Of a DNA stretch of 46,981 nt, positions 28,129-37,644 are shown piece after piece. The stretch is from a virus (lineage: Duplodnaviria; Caudoviricetes), in IMG/VR virus record IMGVR_UViG_3300012990_000004, positions 1 through 46,981 of that record; one strand, 5' to 3'. The translations under genes and the position numbers were made by a program. Numbering within the stretch: position 1 is the first letter of the stretch; the number at the start of each line of letters is the position of its first letter. The notes below the pieces were generated by a model that was not told where the DNA came from, did no database searches, and was given only the letters and a program-made list of their open reading frames with translations.

Positions 28129-28587
28129 TTAGATGACGCGATACTGAAACACAATCTTAGCCTTACCAGCAGCGGTAATGGTCGGGCTTGTGCCATCCAG
28201 AGCCACCACGATGTTGGCAGCAGCCGCCAGCGGAGCGTCAACAGCCAGTGTGCCAGCCGGAGCAGCCGAGGCGTATGTGCCCAGAGCTTCTGCGTTGGCT
28301 TCGCTGATTTCGGCAAGGTAGTTAGTACCGTGCGAACCAGAGACACCGATGTTGATTGTCGGGGTTGTACCGCCGAGCACGAAGGCTTCAGTGATTTCAA
28401 CCAGCGGTTTGCCTACGATAGCAGCGCCAGCCGGAAGGCTAAACGCAACGCTCTGATAGTTTTCACCAGTAAATGTCACAACGCCTTCTTTCACGCAGCC
28501 GTCCGTTTCCAGAACGCCTTGCACGGCTTCATGACGGCCTTTAGCGCCGTAGTAGTTTTTAACGCCATTGATAACTTGAGTTGTCAT
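28129..28587 (-). CDS. Virion structural protein (head decoration/minor capsid candidate)
   Basis: Beta-rich and Ala/Gly/Thr-rich; directly after the capsid gene with an AAGGAG RBS. Confidence 0.65.
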   Translation of the reverse strand: MTTQVINGVKNYYGAKGRHEAVQGVLETDGCVKEGVVTFTGENYQSVAFSLPAGAAIVGKPLVEITEAFVLGGTTPTINIGVSGSHGTNYLAEISEANAEALGTYASAAPAGTLAVDAPLAAAANIVVALDGTSPTITAAGKAKIVFQYRVI

Positions 28588-28602
28588 ATTAAATCTCCTT
28601 TA

Positions 28603-29580
28603 TTAGTAGTTGCTGGCAGAAGTCAGAACCACACCCAGAGACTCAGGACGCTGACGACCAAAGCCATAGCGAGCGCGAGTCACAAACTCATCACGGGCCA
28701 AGTCTTTGTTACGCTCGCCTTCGACCTTCGGCATTTGACGCCATGCACCCATAATCGGCTTGGTAGAATCATCAAGCACGTTCATGAACACGTTAGCAAC
28801 CGAGCCAATCGGAGCTGTATCAGCAACACCATTGTGGGTGATGGCTTCGGCAGCGCCAATAGTCGGCAGACGCGACGAGGTGTAGATGTCCCAGCCAAAC
28901 AGGTTAAACAGGAACTTGTGGTCACGAGCAAAGCCTTGCTCCAGAACGCCTTGGAACTGCGGGTTTCTGTCCATAGAAACAGTAGCGCCAGCCAGCTTGT
29001 TCAGAGTAGCTTCCACAACAGGGTCGACCAGAACGATACGACCAGCTTGCGGAACATTGGCCTTGTCGAAAGCCAGCTTCATGTCAATGAAGTCGCTCAG
29101 ACCCATCTTGTAGCTGTTGTCAGCACCAGCGTCAGCCACCCAGCGGTGGTCAAAGCCGTTGATGGCATTTTTGTCAGCAGCTGTTTGAGCTGTGATGCCG
29201 CAGACTTTCAGGAACTTCGATTCGAAGTCTTCCTGAATGGCACGAGTGGATTCAACACCACGCATAGCCATCAGCTGTTCGATTTGAGCACCGTCTTGAC
29301 GCAGAACGTCCGACACATACCAAGCATCACCAATGTAGTCGGTGATAGCCAGTGTGACAGTCGAGGTGTCAATCGGGTTGTAGGTGACGGCTTTGTCTTC
29401 TTCAACGTCTTGGATGGTGGCAGCGCCAACAACCTTGATGTTCAGTGTAGTGCCAGCCGGAAAGTCGGAGACGTTGCGGTAGAAAGTACTCGGCAGCAGA
29501 CCGTCGTGCAGGTTTGACAGAATGAAGTTCGAGTACTGTTGGGCTTCAATAAAAGCCGCAGTATTACCTGTAAGTTGCAT
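28603..29580 (-). CDS. Major capsid protein
   Basis: 325 aa after the scaffold; FDKANVP..GR..VDP and ARYGFG.QRPESL motifs typical of these podovirus capsids. Confidence 0.85.
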   Translation of the reverse strand: MQLTGNTAAFIEAQQYSNFILSNLHDGLLPSTFYRNVSDFPAGTTLNIKVVGAATIQDVEEDKAVTYNPIDTSTVTLAITDYIGDAWYVSDVLRQDGAQIEQLMAMRGVESTRAIQEDFESKFLKVCGITAQTAADKNAINGFDHRWVADAGADNSYKMGLSDFIDMKLAFDKANVPQAGRIVLVDPVVEATLNKLAGATVSMDRNPQFQGVLEQGFARDHKFLFNLFGWDIYTSSRLPTIGAAEAITHNGVADTAPIGSVANVFMNVLDDSTKPIMGAWRQMPKVEGERNKDLARDEFVTRARYGFGRQRPESLGVVLTSASNY

Positions 29581-29589
29581 AATATTTCC

Positions 29590-30294
29590 TTATTGTGTGT
29601 TAGTCGGAGAAACTGCTCGCCAAGCTGCCAGAATATCTTCAGTTTTGGCCCCAGCCATTACAGCCTTTGGAATGGGAGCAGGTTTAGTACCTGCAAGCGC
29701 TTGAGTGTTAATGCTACCTACGGGAGCTGCGGTAGACGGCATAGTATCCTTCTTTGCCAGTCCGAACAGTTCCATAGCAGCTTTAGGGGACTTCGCAGCA
29801 ACATCTGTCAGGAAAGCTTCATTGACTCCAAGCTCTTTGGCTTTATTGCCAAACACTTCCGAAGCCTTTTCGCCAAACTTCTCTGTAAGGCTATCTCTCA
29901 CTGTAGACAGGTTGTTGTTGCGCAGCTCTTGCGCTTGCTTTTCTTGGAGCTTGCGCTCCAGCACCTCATCTAACATTGTTTCGTCAAACGCCTGAGTCAT
30001 GGTAGGGGTCGCCTCTCCGTTCGGTGGACGTGATGTAAGTGCTTCGTACACTTCTTCAAGAGCTCGTGCTTGAGCTGCTTTTTCTCTCAGAGTCTTGTTC
30101 TCTTCCTCAATCCTTACAATATGTGCTTGGGCATGAGGCAGGGCTTTAAGAGCATCGTCGACAGTAGTGTACTTTTTGCCAACTCCGACTAGGCTAGCAA
30201 CCTCGTCCGGTAAGACGGGGGCAGCTGGAGTAGTGGCGGGTTCCTGAATCGGCGGGGTCGTGCTAGCATCAGGGAAAAGGGTTGTATCAGTCAT
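29590..30294 (-). CDS. Capsid scaffolding protein
   Basis: LVG.GKKY..VDDALK...AQAHI..IE.EN coiled coil; precedes the capsid gene. Confidence 0.8.
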   Translation of the reverse strand: MTDTTLFPDASTTPPIQEPATTPAAPVLPDEVASLVGVGKKYTTVDDALKALPHAQAHIVRIEEENKTLREKAAQARALEEVYEALTSRPPNGEATPTMTQAFDETMLDEVLERKLQEKQAQELRNNNLSTVRDSLTEKFGEKASEVFGNKAKELGVNEAFLTDVAAKSPKAAMELFGLAKKDTMPSTAAPVGSINTQALAGTKPAPIPKAVMAGAKTEDILAAWRAVSPTNTQ

Positions 30295-30548
30295 TTGGAT
30301 TCCTTAATTGGCAATAGGTCAATCACCTTTCGGTAAGTTCGTTTAGCGCCGTTAATATCGGCTTGCAGATACGCCCAATTGGACGCATTGTAGACATCGC
30401 TTTTTAACTCATTATCCTCCAAATTTGTCAGTTCATCCTCAAGAATTTCTTTTAATATATTTAGTGTAGGCAATGATGCCTGTATAAGTGCTTTACGTTC
30501 TTTCTTTGCCTCAGGAGTCTTTGCTCCCTTTAGCCAAGCGAGCTGCAT
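30291..30548 (-). CDS. Small hypothetical protein before the scaffold gene
   Basis: Coupled ORF containing WAYLQADING. Confidence 0.7.
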   Translation of the reverse strand: MQLAWLKGAKTPEAKKERKALIQASLPTLNILKEILEDELTNLEDNELKSDVYNASNWAYLQADINGAKRTYRKVIDLLPIKESK

Positions 30549-30985
30549 TAGCCCTTACCAACTTTCTTGCCCAAGTGCCACTTGCCACCAGTACGTCCAA
30601 CCAGGCCACCAATTTGAATGTTACGGGCCTTCTTAGAAATACCTGAAGAAGCAGGAGCCGACATCTTATTTTCAGTGACAACATCACGCACTGTTGTTTC
30701 AGCTTTTGGTATAGCCGAGCGCTTCATAGAGCCGCGAGTCATCGTCGGAGTGGCTTTTGCTTTTGTTTTATCTGGAGCTTTTTTATTGACATCTACAGCA
30801 GGAGCTGCCTTGCTTTCGCCAGCCATCGGTTTGCCGCCTCGTCTTTTAGCTCCAGCTTCAGGAGCGCCAGCCATAGGCTTTCCGCCACGAGCTTTGCCAG
30901 CCCTAGACAGTGCGGCTCTTTTCTTAGCGGCTTTCTGCGGGTCAGCCCAATTAACGCCTTCTTTCAAACTTAACTTAGTAGCCAT
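30548..30985 (-). CDS. Lys/Ala-rich basic low-complexity protein
   Basis: RGGKPMAG present twice; TAATG-coupled on both sides. Confidence 0.7.
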   Translation of the reverse strand: MATKLSLKEGVNWADPQKAAKKRAALSRAGKARGGKPMAGAPEAGAKRRGGKPMAGESKAAPAVDVNKKAPDKTKAKATPTMTRGSMKRSAIPKAETTVRDVVTENKMSAPASSGISKKARNIQIGGLVGRTGGKWHLGKKVGKG

Positions 30986-32778
30986 TACATTTGTCCTTGT
31001 TGTGGCGGCATCGGAGCCGCTGGTTGTGTTTCAGTTGGAGTAGCAGCAGTCTCTTGCATCTGTGCCGTAGCTTCTTGTGCCAGACTTTGTGTTTCAACTT
31101 CCTCAAAGATTCTGACATTTTCTTGATAAAGCATAAACTTCTCAAGTCCGAGGAATTCCTCAACAAGCTTAGCTACAGCCTTACCAGAAATGTGAGCCCT
31201 TACCGCAGGGTCTTGTCCAACGGCAGATTGATAAAAGTTGCTGAGATTCTGAATTACCGTGGCTTGAGCAGCAAAATGTCTAGCCCCAGTAGGTCTAAGC
31301 TTACCAGCTGCAGTGATGTCGTCCTTGGTTACTTCCATGAACTCCATGACACCCACATCGTCATCAATGATTCTAACAAGGTCAGTGCCGTCCATATTAC
31401 GCTTGGCAACCTCAAACATCTTATTTAGCGCATCTTCAATACACTCAATCTCAAAGTGTGTAATCTTGTTCTGGAAGATACGGGAAGCAGCTTGTTCAAG
31501 GCTTTGTACCTCGTAAGCTGTCTTTTCGCCCGGAGTTCTGATGCCCATAGCTTGCTTGGGGGCCCCGGCCATTTCTTCCATCTTAAACTCAAGCATGGAA
31601 ATTTCGCTGTTAGCAGCCATAACACCTTGCAAGCTTTTGCCAAGCTCTTGGATACTACCGCCCTCACCAACTATAATTTCAGCGCCGGGCGCCCAATCAA
31701 ATTCTTCCACATTGCCTGTAATCGCCAGAGGCGGGTGCACAGCCAAGTCCATTGCATCAGCCTTCAGGTTCTCCAGATGGTCAATGCGATACTGCATACC
31801 CACCAGATTGTCCAAAGGCCCCATACCATAGAGGTTATCAGGACGCATGCGCCACTGTACGTGACCCTTGGTGGTCTTACCCATCCATGAGGGCATGGGA
31901 ACCACTCGCAACACCCTACTTCTATCAGACACGGTGATTAGGACGTTCTGTAAGAATTCGCCAGTGTCCTTATTGCTAATAGACCCTTCAAATTCAAGCA
32001 GTTCCACATATCCGCTTTGCAAATAGTCTGAGAAGTTGCCAAAACCATCCACCTGCAGGGCCAATGCCTTGGACATATCCTCGGTAGCGTATCCCGACAG
32101 AGTTTGTCTGTACGAGTGCATCTCCCCAATTACATCCTTATTATAACCCATTTCTGGCATATTGTCAAGCTCCCATTGCAATTCTCCGAAAGTTTTAACA
32201 CTTCGGACAATGTTATAGGAGTCTTTGAAGCTGTTGGCGGTCAGGTTAAAAACCACGTCATAAGGACTAATACGCTTTAACTTAGGGCCGCGGTAGCCCT
32301 GAATGACGTTACCATCCGCGTCCGTATGGGTTTCATTAACAAACACTACATCCCAAAAGGCGTTTCCGTAGTCAATGTAGTCATACAAAAGCTTATAGAT
32401 TTCATTTCTAAAGCCGGACAGTCTGACCTTGTTGGACATGTAGGCTTCTATAGCCTTTCGCTTTGTAACCAAAGAGCCGTCCTTGCTATGAGCTTCCCAC
32501 TTAAACCAGTTGTCGTTAGGGAATATGGCAGAGGCGTAGTTGGCGTGGAGATTGTCACGGATTTGACAAAGCTTCGGAATTGTGGTTTTGTTTTTCCACG
32601 GAAGCTTGCTGTTCGTTGTCTTAGTCGTATCGGTCGCAAATATGTAATTGCGGAGTTCTTCCTTCTCTTTAACCCAAGTGTTGCGGTTGGTGTTAAAGTT
32701 GTCCCACATATAGGCAATTTCTGATGCCATAGAATGCGGTTGCAGGATGTTCTTGATTTCAGCTACTTTAACACTCAT
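30985..32778 (-). CDS. Portal protein
   Basis: 597 aa after TerL; LYDYIDYGNAF, RISPYD, YGMGPL, PGEKTAYEV. Confidence 0.88.
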   Translation of the reverse strand: MSVKVAEIKNILQPHSMASEIAYMWDNFNTNRNTWVKEKEELRNYIFATDTTKTTNSKLPWKNKTTIPKLCQIRDNLHANYASAIFPNDNWFKWEAHSKDGSLVTKRKAIEAYMSNKVRLSGFRNEIYKLLYDYIDYGNAFWDVVFVNETHTDADGNVIQGYRGPKLKRISPYDVVFNLTANSFKDSYNIVRSVKTFGELQWELDNMPEMGYNKDVIGEMHSYRQTLSGYATEDMSKALALQVDGFGNFSDYLQSGYVELLEFEGSISNKDTGEFLQNVLITVSDRSRVLRVVPMPSWMGKTTKGHVQWRMRPDNLYGMGPLDNLVGMQYRIDHLENLKADAMDLAVHPPLAITGNVEEFDWAPGAEIIVGEGGSIQELGKSLQGVMAANSEISMLEFKMEEMAGAPKQAMGIRTPGEKTAYEVQSLEQAASRIFQNKITHFEIECIEDALNKMFEVAKRNMDGTDLVRIIDDDVGVMEFMEVTKDDITAAGKLRPTGARHFAAQATVIQNLSNFYQSAVGQDPAVRAHISGKAVAKLVEEFLGLEKFMLYQENVRIFEEVETQSLAQEATAQMQETAATPTETQPAAPMPPQQGQM

Positions 32779-34313
32779 GCGGAAATGCCTCCAAATCGGC
32801 TATTAAATTGCAATACGTTAGTTCGTTTCATCTTGTTTCCTCTGCCCATAGGGGGCGTAGCAATATCCACAGCTGCTGTCAAGGCATCCTTGATGTCATC
32901 ATGTGGGGGCTTCTCAAGCATCAGCTCCTCTTCTAAGGCCGAGGTGTTGGCGCTTTTTGAATGCCACATCTTTAGGTTATCATACTTAGGCTCAAGGGTA
33001 GCGGCAATGCGCTCCTCCTTATTACCTTCACTTCTGTTAGGGCGGTATTCATCTACGATAAGGCTCAGTCCCTGCCTAGCAATGTAGTTGTCTTTAAGGT
33101 CACGAACAATTACCTGCTGGGCCACAGACACCTCGCATCTAATCTTTCTAAAGCCCCACTTCTGATACATCCTTAAGATAGCATTGAAGTAATCGCTAAT
33201 CCTATCGCTCTTAAACCTGTCAATATCCAGTACATAGATATTAGACTCGCTATCCATACCAACAACCACAATAGCAGTGCTATCCGCTTTTGCCTTGGTG
33301 GAGAAAGCAAAGTCAATTGCAGCAAACACGTTGAGCTTGCGGTCTTTGAAATACCAGCCGTCCGGTTCATTCGTGACGTGTTTGACGTCAAAGTATTGGA
33401 ATTTTTCGGGTCGAATACGGAGATTGGATGGGTCATTAGGGTTTTGGTAGTACTGCGCATAGAACTGCGTTTTGTCTTCATACTCTGCCTTAATCTTGCT
33501 CAGAACATTTCTATCAAAGCCAAAGCGCTTGCCGTCAGCACGACGGGCCCTAGGCCACAAAAACTCACCATCCGTCTCTACAACCTTAATCCAACTATCC
33601 CAGACATACTCTTCGTTGGTCGGGTCTTCGCTATCATCGTCCTCATACACAAAGTAGCTCTGCTTAAGAAACGTCGTGTATTGGTCTTTGCCGTGATAGC
33701 GAGTGCCCACGCAATCCATCTGAGCGTCCGGCACTTTAATCGAGGCAATCTGGCTAATAATAGCCGCTACAGCCTGTCGTCCGTCCTCTGTGTATGCGTT
33801 CTTAGGAACCACCACGTCGTCCAGCTTCACCTTAGTTGCGTGGAAGCCCGTGATGTTTGTGGTTAGGCCAGCCGTCTTAATAGAAGGGTCACGAATGCCC
33901 TCTTTCTTACGAAGCGGGTGGTCAACACAAATCTCACTCAGGCTCCACTTTTCCCGCTTGCCTTCCTGAGGATGCACCATGTCAGGCCAATACTTGAGAT
34001 ATGTCTTGCTAGTCAGGATGTTTTTCATCAAGGCCAGCTGTTGCTCTGCAAGGTCGGCGGTAGCTGATACGTACAGAATAGTTTCTGTAGGGTCTTTTGT
34101 AAGCTCCCAGACAGTCTTGTACGCAATCAGCATGCTCTTTAAGTGACCACGTGGCAGTAGCACCATCACGTTGTCTTTGCGTGTTGAGCTAGTCCACCAG
34201 CGGATTAGTTCTCTGTGGCATTCGCCAATCAAGAGGTGCGGAGCTACGAGCCCAATAAAAACCTCTAAATCTGACTCAGCTGCTTGTCTAATCTCATCTT
34301 GTGTTAAACTCAT
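32775..34313 (-). CDS. terL: Terminase large subunit
   Basis: LLPRGHLKS, LDDVV, GTRY, AIDFA, HDDIKDAL. Confidence 0.92.
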   Translation of the reverse strand: MSLTQDEIRQAAESDLEVFIGLVAPHLLIGECHRELIRWWTSSTRKDNVMVLLPRGHLKSMLIAYKTVWELTKDPTETILYVSATADLAEQQLALMKNILTSKTYLKYWPDMVHPQEGKREKWSLSEICVDHPLRKKEGIRDPSIKTAGLTTNITGFHATKVKLDDVVVPKNAYTEDGRQAVAAIISQIASIKVPDAQMDCVGTRYHGKDQYTTFLKQSYFVYEDDDSEDPTNEEYVWDSWIKVVETDGEFLWPRARRADGKRFGFDRNVLSKIKAEYEDKTQFYAQYYQNPNDPSNLRIRPEKFQYFDVKHVTNEPDGWYFKDRKLNVFAAIDFAFSTKAKADSTAIVVVGMDSESNIYVLDIDRFKSDRISDYFNAILRMYQKWGFRKIRCEVSVAQQVIVRDLKDNYIARQGLSLIVDEYRPNRSEGNKEERIAATLEPKYDNLKMWHSKSANTSALEEELMLEKPPHDDIKDALTAAVDIATPPMGRGNKMKRTNVLQFNSRFGGISA

Positions 34314-34849
34314 TAAAACTGCTCCGATGGCGGCAGGTCAGGCTCAAACGGAGGGCCAAAGCCGTTTTCTGTATATTCATAAGAGAAGGAAAACGGTAAA
34401 TAAAAATCTGCAACATTGGGAGTACCTGCAGAATCCGTTACCGTAACCTTAATCTCGCCCGACTTTGTAAAGTTTCTGTTAACTGTTGTGGATGCTGTAA
34501 TTGTCTTAGCTACATTATCTACGACAATGGTAAGAGCTGGGCCATCGCTAACCACGGCAACTACGCTATACGGCGCTGTACCTCCAGTTACGTTATACAC
34601 TACCACATCAGATTGCGCATCAGATAATGGGCAAGAGCCACTTGGATTGTCGCAACTTAGAAAATCTGTAAAGTCAGAAGTAGTGTTTCCAAGAAGTAGG
34701 GTAGCTCCTCCTCCCGAAGGAAACAGGTCTATCCACTCACTTCCGTTCCAGCGTTTTGCAGTGGTGATGTCCACCCAACTGGAACTGGCACGTCTCTTTT
34801 TAGTGGTAATGTCTATCCAGCTTGTGCTAGAACGTCGTTTACCTGCCAT
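34313..34849 (-). CDS. Putative fibre-tip protein with a triple N-terminal W-repeat
   Basis: KRRSSTSWIDITT, KRRASSSWVDITT, KRWNGSEWIDL, then a beta-rich domain. Confidence 0.6.
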   Translation of the reverse strand: MAGKRRSSTSWIDITTKKRRASSSWVDITTAKRWNGSEWIDLFPSGGGATLLLGNTTSDFTDFLSCDNPSGSCPLSDAQSDVVVYNVTGGTAPYSVVAVVSDGPALTIVVDNVAKTITASTTVNRNFTKSGEIKVTVTDSAGTPNVADFYLPFSFSYEYTENGFGPPFEPDLPPSEQF

Positions 34850-34852
34850 ACG

Positions 34853-35317
34853 TCACCAGAACCAAAGGTCGCCAGTGGCTGGGGTTGTTGGAGCTCCAGA
34901 CTGGACATAAATGGTAGGTTCTGCCTCGATAGAATCCAATCGCGTATCTAGCGCTGCCAAATCCGTAACCAAGTTTGTAACGTCACTTTGCGGATGAGTG
35001 TGCGCAGCTGGTGTAAATGTAGAGGGCTTACCTGTAATCTCAGTCCATGCGTGAACATGATTTTCTGGGGTGTACAGGTTGAGCGTGCTCAATGAGGTGA
35101 GCTGCCCAAGCGTAACGGGCTCGCTATTAGTGGCTGCTGTGGGTAGGTTGAGGATACGGTTGCTGTTCATGTCCAGCGGAGCGGCCATAGAGTTTGGCGC
35201 TGTACCATTTCTGGACAGTGTGTTCTCAATAGCGCTCTCAATTAATGTAAAGTTGGCGTTAAGCAAGTCAACTGTAAAACTGCCACTTAACAAATCATTT
35301 AGAGTAAGTTTAGCCAT
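34853..35317 (-). CDS. Short tail-fibre anchor protein
   Basis: NANF...ENTLSR.G..PNSM...LDMNSNRILNLP anchor motif; ends APTTPATGDLWFW. Confidence 0.7.
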   Translation of the reverse strand: MAKLTLNDLLSGSFTVDLLNANFTLIESAIENTLSRNGTAPNSMAAPLDMNSNRILNLPTAATNSEPVTLGQLTSLSTLNLYTPENHVHAWTEITGKPSTFTPAAHTHPQSDVTNLVTDLAALDTRLDSIEAEPTIYVQSGAPTTPATGDLWFW

Positions 35318-35825
35318 TGCTATTTCCTTTTACGAGTGACAGAATGCGTGCACTCTCTTCTTTGGTTTCTGTATCAATCATGGCTGCTTTCTTCAAAGCG
35401 CCTTCCTTATCTGCCTTGCTCGGACGGCCCTTGCCAGAGGCATATTCTTTGTTAGCTAAATACTTTGCTGCATTGTAGTTGCCATCTTGAGCAAGGTCTC
35501 TAATCTTCTGCAGGTTACGGGCTGTGAGCTTGAGCTCCAACTCCTCTCTCCAGAAATCAATCTCCCTACGCAAGTCGGCGTTGCCGCAAATCTTCTTCCA
35601 ATGGTTCCAATCTGCGAGATAGGTAGAGGCAAAGTTATACTCTGTCACATCTTCCATCTCAAGATAGAGGCGCTTCAGACTAGTGTAAGTCTTGCCTTTG
35701 TACTCTTTATCTACGCCATCAAATGTAAAAAATGCGTCTGAGTCGTAGGCTGTCTCAAGAAACAAACTCTGCGTCTTGTATCTGCCCATGCTGTCCAGAA
35801 AGTCACTGCGAGGTCGCTTGGTCAT
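35310..35825 (-). CDS. Putative terminase small subunit
   Basis: 171 aa, apparently helical, upstream of TerL; assigned by synteny. Confidence 0.5.
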   Translation of the reverse strand: MTKRPRSDFLDSMGRYKTQSLFLETAYDSDAFFTFDGVDKEYKGKTYTSLKRLYLEMEDVTEYNFASTYLADWNHWKKICGNADLRREIDFWREELELKLTARNLQKIRDLAQDGNYNAAKYLANKEYASGKGRPSKADKEGALKKAAMIDTETKEESARILSLVKGNSNG

Positions 35826-36297
35826 CTTTAATTAGTCCTTGACAGGCTGTGAGCTGTTGCACGATTGCGTCTGCTCTTGTGGCTTCTCGAATAAGAAATT
35901 GCACATCCTCTCCAAGAAGTCCGGTTTCTGTTCCTGCATTATCTCCGCTGGCGGTACAGGCTTGGGGTAGGAAACGGGCTTTGAGGCGCAGCCTACCAGA
36001 CTGCCAATCAGAAATAACTTTATCACGTTTTGCATATTCTTTATCCCTCTCCAGAATGAATTTCGTTGCTTGTTCATTGTACTTCTGTTCAAGCTTCCTA
36101 CGAGCCTCTTCAGCAAGTGCACGTTCCGTGGCAACTTCAAGAGCTGTGTCTGCCTTTGCGTCTTCATAGCCTTGGTCATAACGCTTGTGTCCATAGTACA
36201 AAACACCGATGAGCAATGCAATAACAAGCCACACTTTTAGGGGAACCTTCTTCAGCAGTTCCCAAGCACTAGAAAGAAAATGTAATACAATAGGCAT
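35803..36297 (-). CDS. Inner-membrane spanin (Rz-like)
   Basis: N-terminal TM segment, coiled coil, C-terminal LTACQ; follows the endolysin. Confidence 0.85.
   Translation of the reverse strand: MPIVLHFLSSAWELLKKVPLKVWLVIALLIGVLYYGHKRYDQGYEDAKADTALEVATERALAEEARRKLEQKYNEQATKFILERDKEYAKRDKVISDWQSGRLRLKARFLPQACTASGDNAGTETGLLGEDVQFLIREATRADAIVQQLTACQGLIKDDQATSQ
35832..36035 (-). CDS. Outer-membrane spanin lipoprotein (Rz1-like) embedded in Rz
   Basis: MQNVIKLFLIGSLVG-C lipobox and a Pro-rich mature part, in an alternative frame inside Rz. Confidence 0.82.
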   Translation of the reverse strand: MQNVIKLFLIGSLVGCASKPVSYPKPVPPAEIMQEQKPDFLERMCNFLFEKPQEQTQSCNSSQPVKD

Positions 36298-36668
36298 TAT
36301 TTACTCAGCTCAAAATGAGGGCCGTCGATAAAAGATTTCCAGTCGCCGCCCCAGACAATATTAATGCCCAGCTTAGCAGCAACCTTCTTAATATGTGTAG
36401 CAACAGCTTTGTAGTATTTCAGTTCCCATGTCAGCTTGCCATCAACAAACACGGCAATGTCAAAGGCATCTCCCGTGAGGTGCTTAGACTTCATGGTCTT
36501 GCTCTTGCCTGTAGCCACAAGCACTTTCTGCTCTTCCACTGTACGCAGTCCACAAGTGATGCTGAAGTCATACGGGCTGTCTACAATGGCAGCTTTAGCA
36601 AGAGCTTGCATTGGCTCTTTAATGCCAGCTAAACGCTCAAGGCTTTTCTTTCCGAACTTCCACGCCAT
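36297..36668 (-). CDS. Endolysin, M15 family L-Ala-D-Glu peptidase
   Basis: GLRT.EEQ, SKHLTGDAFD, WGGDW, DGPHFEL. Confidence 0.92.
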   Translation of the reverse strand: MAWKFGKKSLERLAGIKEPMQALAKAAIVDSPYDFSITCGLRTVEEQKVLVATGKSKTMKSKHLTGDAFDIAVFVDGKLTWELKYYKAVATHIKKVAAKLGINIVWGGDWKSFIDGPHFELSK

Positions 36669-36873
36669 CTTGTTCTCCTTTGCTAATCCACATCATTGCT
36701 ACAGGGCCTACAGTGATTACACGCAATACAATATTTAATGCGGCAAGCACAGACACTGCATATTCCCATCCGCCAAACAAAGCAAGGATGCCCTGTCGAA
36801 CATCATCCCATTGCATTACAGCAATAGCCAGTATGTTAAATGTTAAAGTTTTCCAGCCTTTCATAAGCTTCAT
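36637..36873 (-). CDS. Putative holin
   Basis: Two hydrophobic segments, charged C-terminus, immediately before the endolysin; MKLM N-terminus. Confidence 0.65.
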   Translation of the reverse strand: MKLMKGWKTLTFNILAIAVMQWDDVRQGILALFGGWEYAVSVLAALNIVLRVITVGPVAMMWISKGEQDGVEVRKEKP

Positions 36874-36874
36874 A

Positions 36875-37090
36875 TTAGTATCCTTTAACGAACCCAAAAA
36901 ACTTCAGAGTGAGCACGGTGACCAAAGATACTACGCTTCCCAAGGCTGCAAGTAGCTTCCAGCCGCCCTTGGTTTGATTAAGGGTAGCGGTAAGGGCTTC
37001 TACAGCAGCCGTCAGTTTTTCCACACGGTCTTCCAGCTTGTCCACTGTAGCCTGTAGGTATCCAAATTCTTGTGGGGGAATGTCGTTCAT
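36875..37090 (-). CDS. Coiled-coil plus TM protein (holin-like or accessory lysis protein)
   Basis: Heptad segment, then GGWK, then a TM helix. Confidence 0.55.
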   Translation of the reverse strand: MNDIPPQEFGYLQATVDKLEDRVEKLTAAVEALTATLNQTKGGWKLLAALGSVVSLVTVLTLKFFGFVKGY

Positions 37091-37111
37091 AACGTCCTTG
37101 TTATATGTTAA

Positions 37112-37618
37112 TTAAGCATCATCTTCTGCGTTAGCAGACAACGTAATTGTTCCACTACCAACCTGAGTGCCGCCAGTAGCGGCGTCCCAAATTTGATAGG
37201 TGGCAGTAACTGCCTTTTGTCTAACTGGGCCAGTACCTGTAGTGGTTGCTGTATATGCACGAGCGCTAGACATGACCTGTCTTGTTCCGATTGTGCCAGT
37301 CGTAAATGTTCCCGAACTTGGAGTGTTAACCAAGAGCCAGTACGACGCACCAATGCCAGCACTAATTGAACTAAACCAATTGAGCTGAACTACGTTATTG
37401 CCGTCTACAGTGCCGTTAGGTTGGAATGTAATACCTGCTGTCGCTTGAGAGCCGCCAGCATTAGATATAAAGATTTCGTCATTAAAGTTAGAGCTAAGTA
37501 CAGCGCCAGTTGCCGAGCCACTGCCAAAAATAATATTAGTTCCCGCATAGACTCTGTTAACCTGCGTGGTTCCTAGATAAACCTTATTAATATCTGTTGT
37601 GCCTAATTCAATAGTCAT
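37112..37618 (-). CDS. Putative fibre-tip protein B
   Basis: N-terminal LGTTDINKVYLGTTQVNRVYAG; C-terminal WDAATGG domain. Confidence 0.65.
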   Translation of the reverse strand: MTIELGTTDINKVYLGTTQVNRVYAGTNIIFGSGSATGAVLSSNFNDEIFISNAGGSQATAGITFQPNGTVDGNNVVQLNWFSSISAGIGASYWLLVNTPSSGTFTTGTIGTRQVMSSARAYTATTTGTGPVRQKAVTATYQIWDAATGGTQVGSGTITLSANAEDDA

Positions 37619-37644
37619 GTGTATTATTCTATCCTATGGTAGTT

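Noticed and set aside
28330-29517. 395-aa plus-strand ORF
   Set aside because: Antisense shadow of the capsid and decoration genes; no RBS or motifs.
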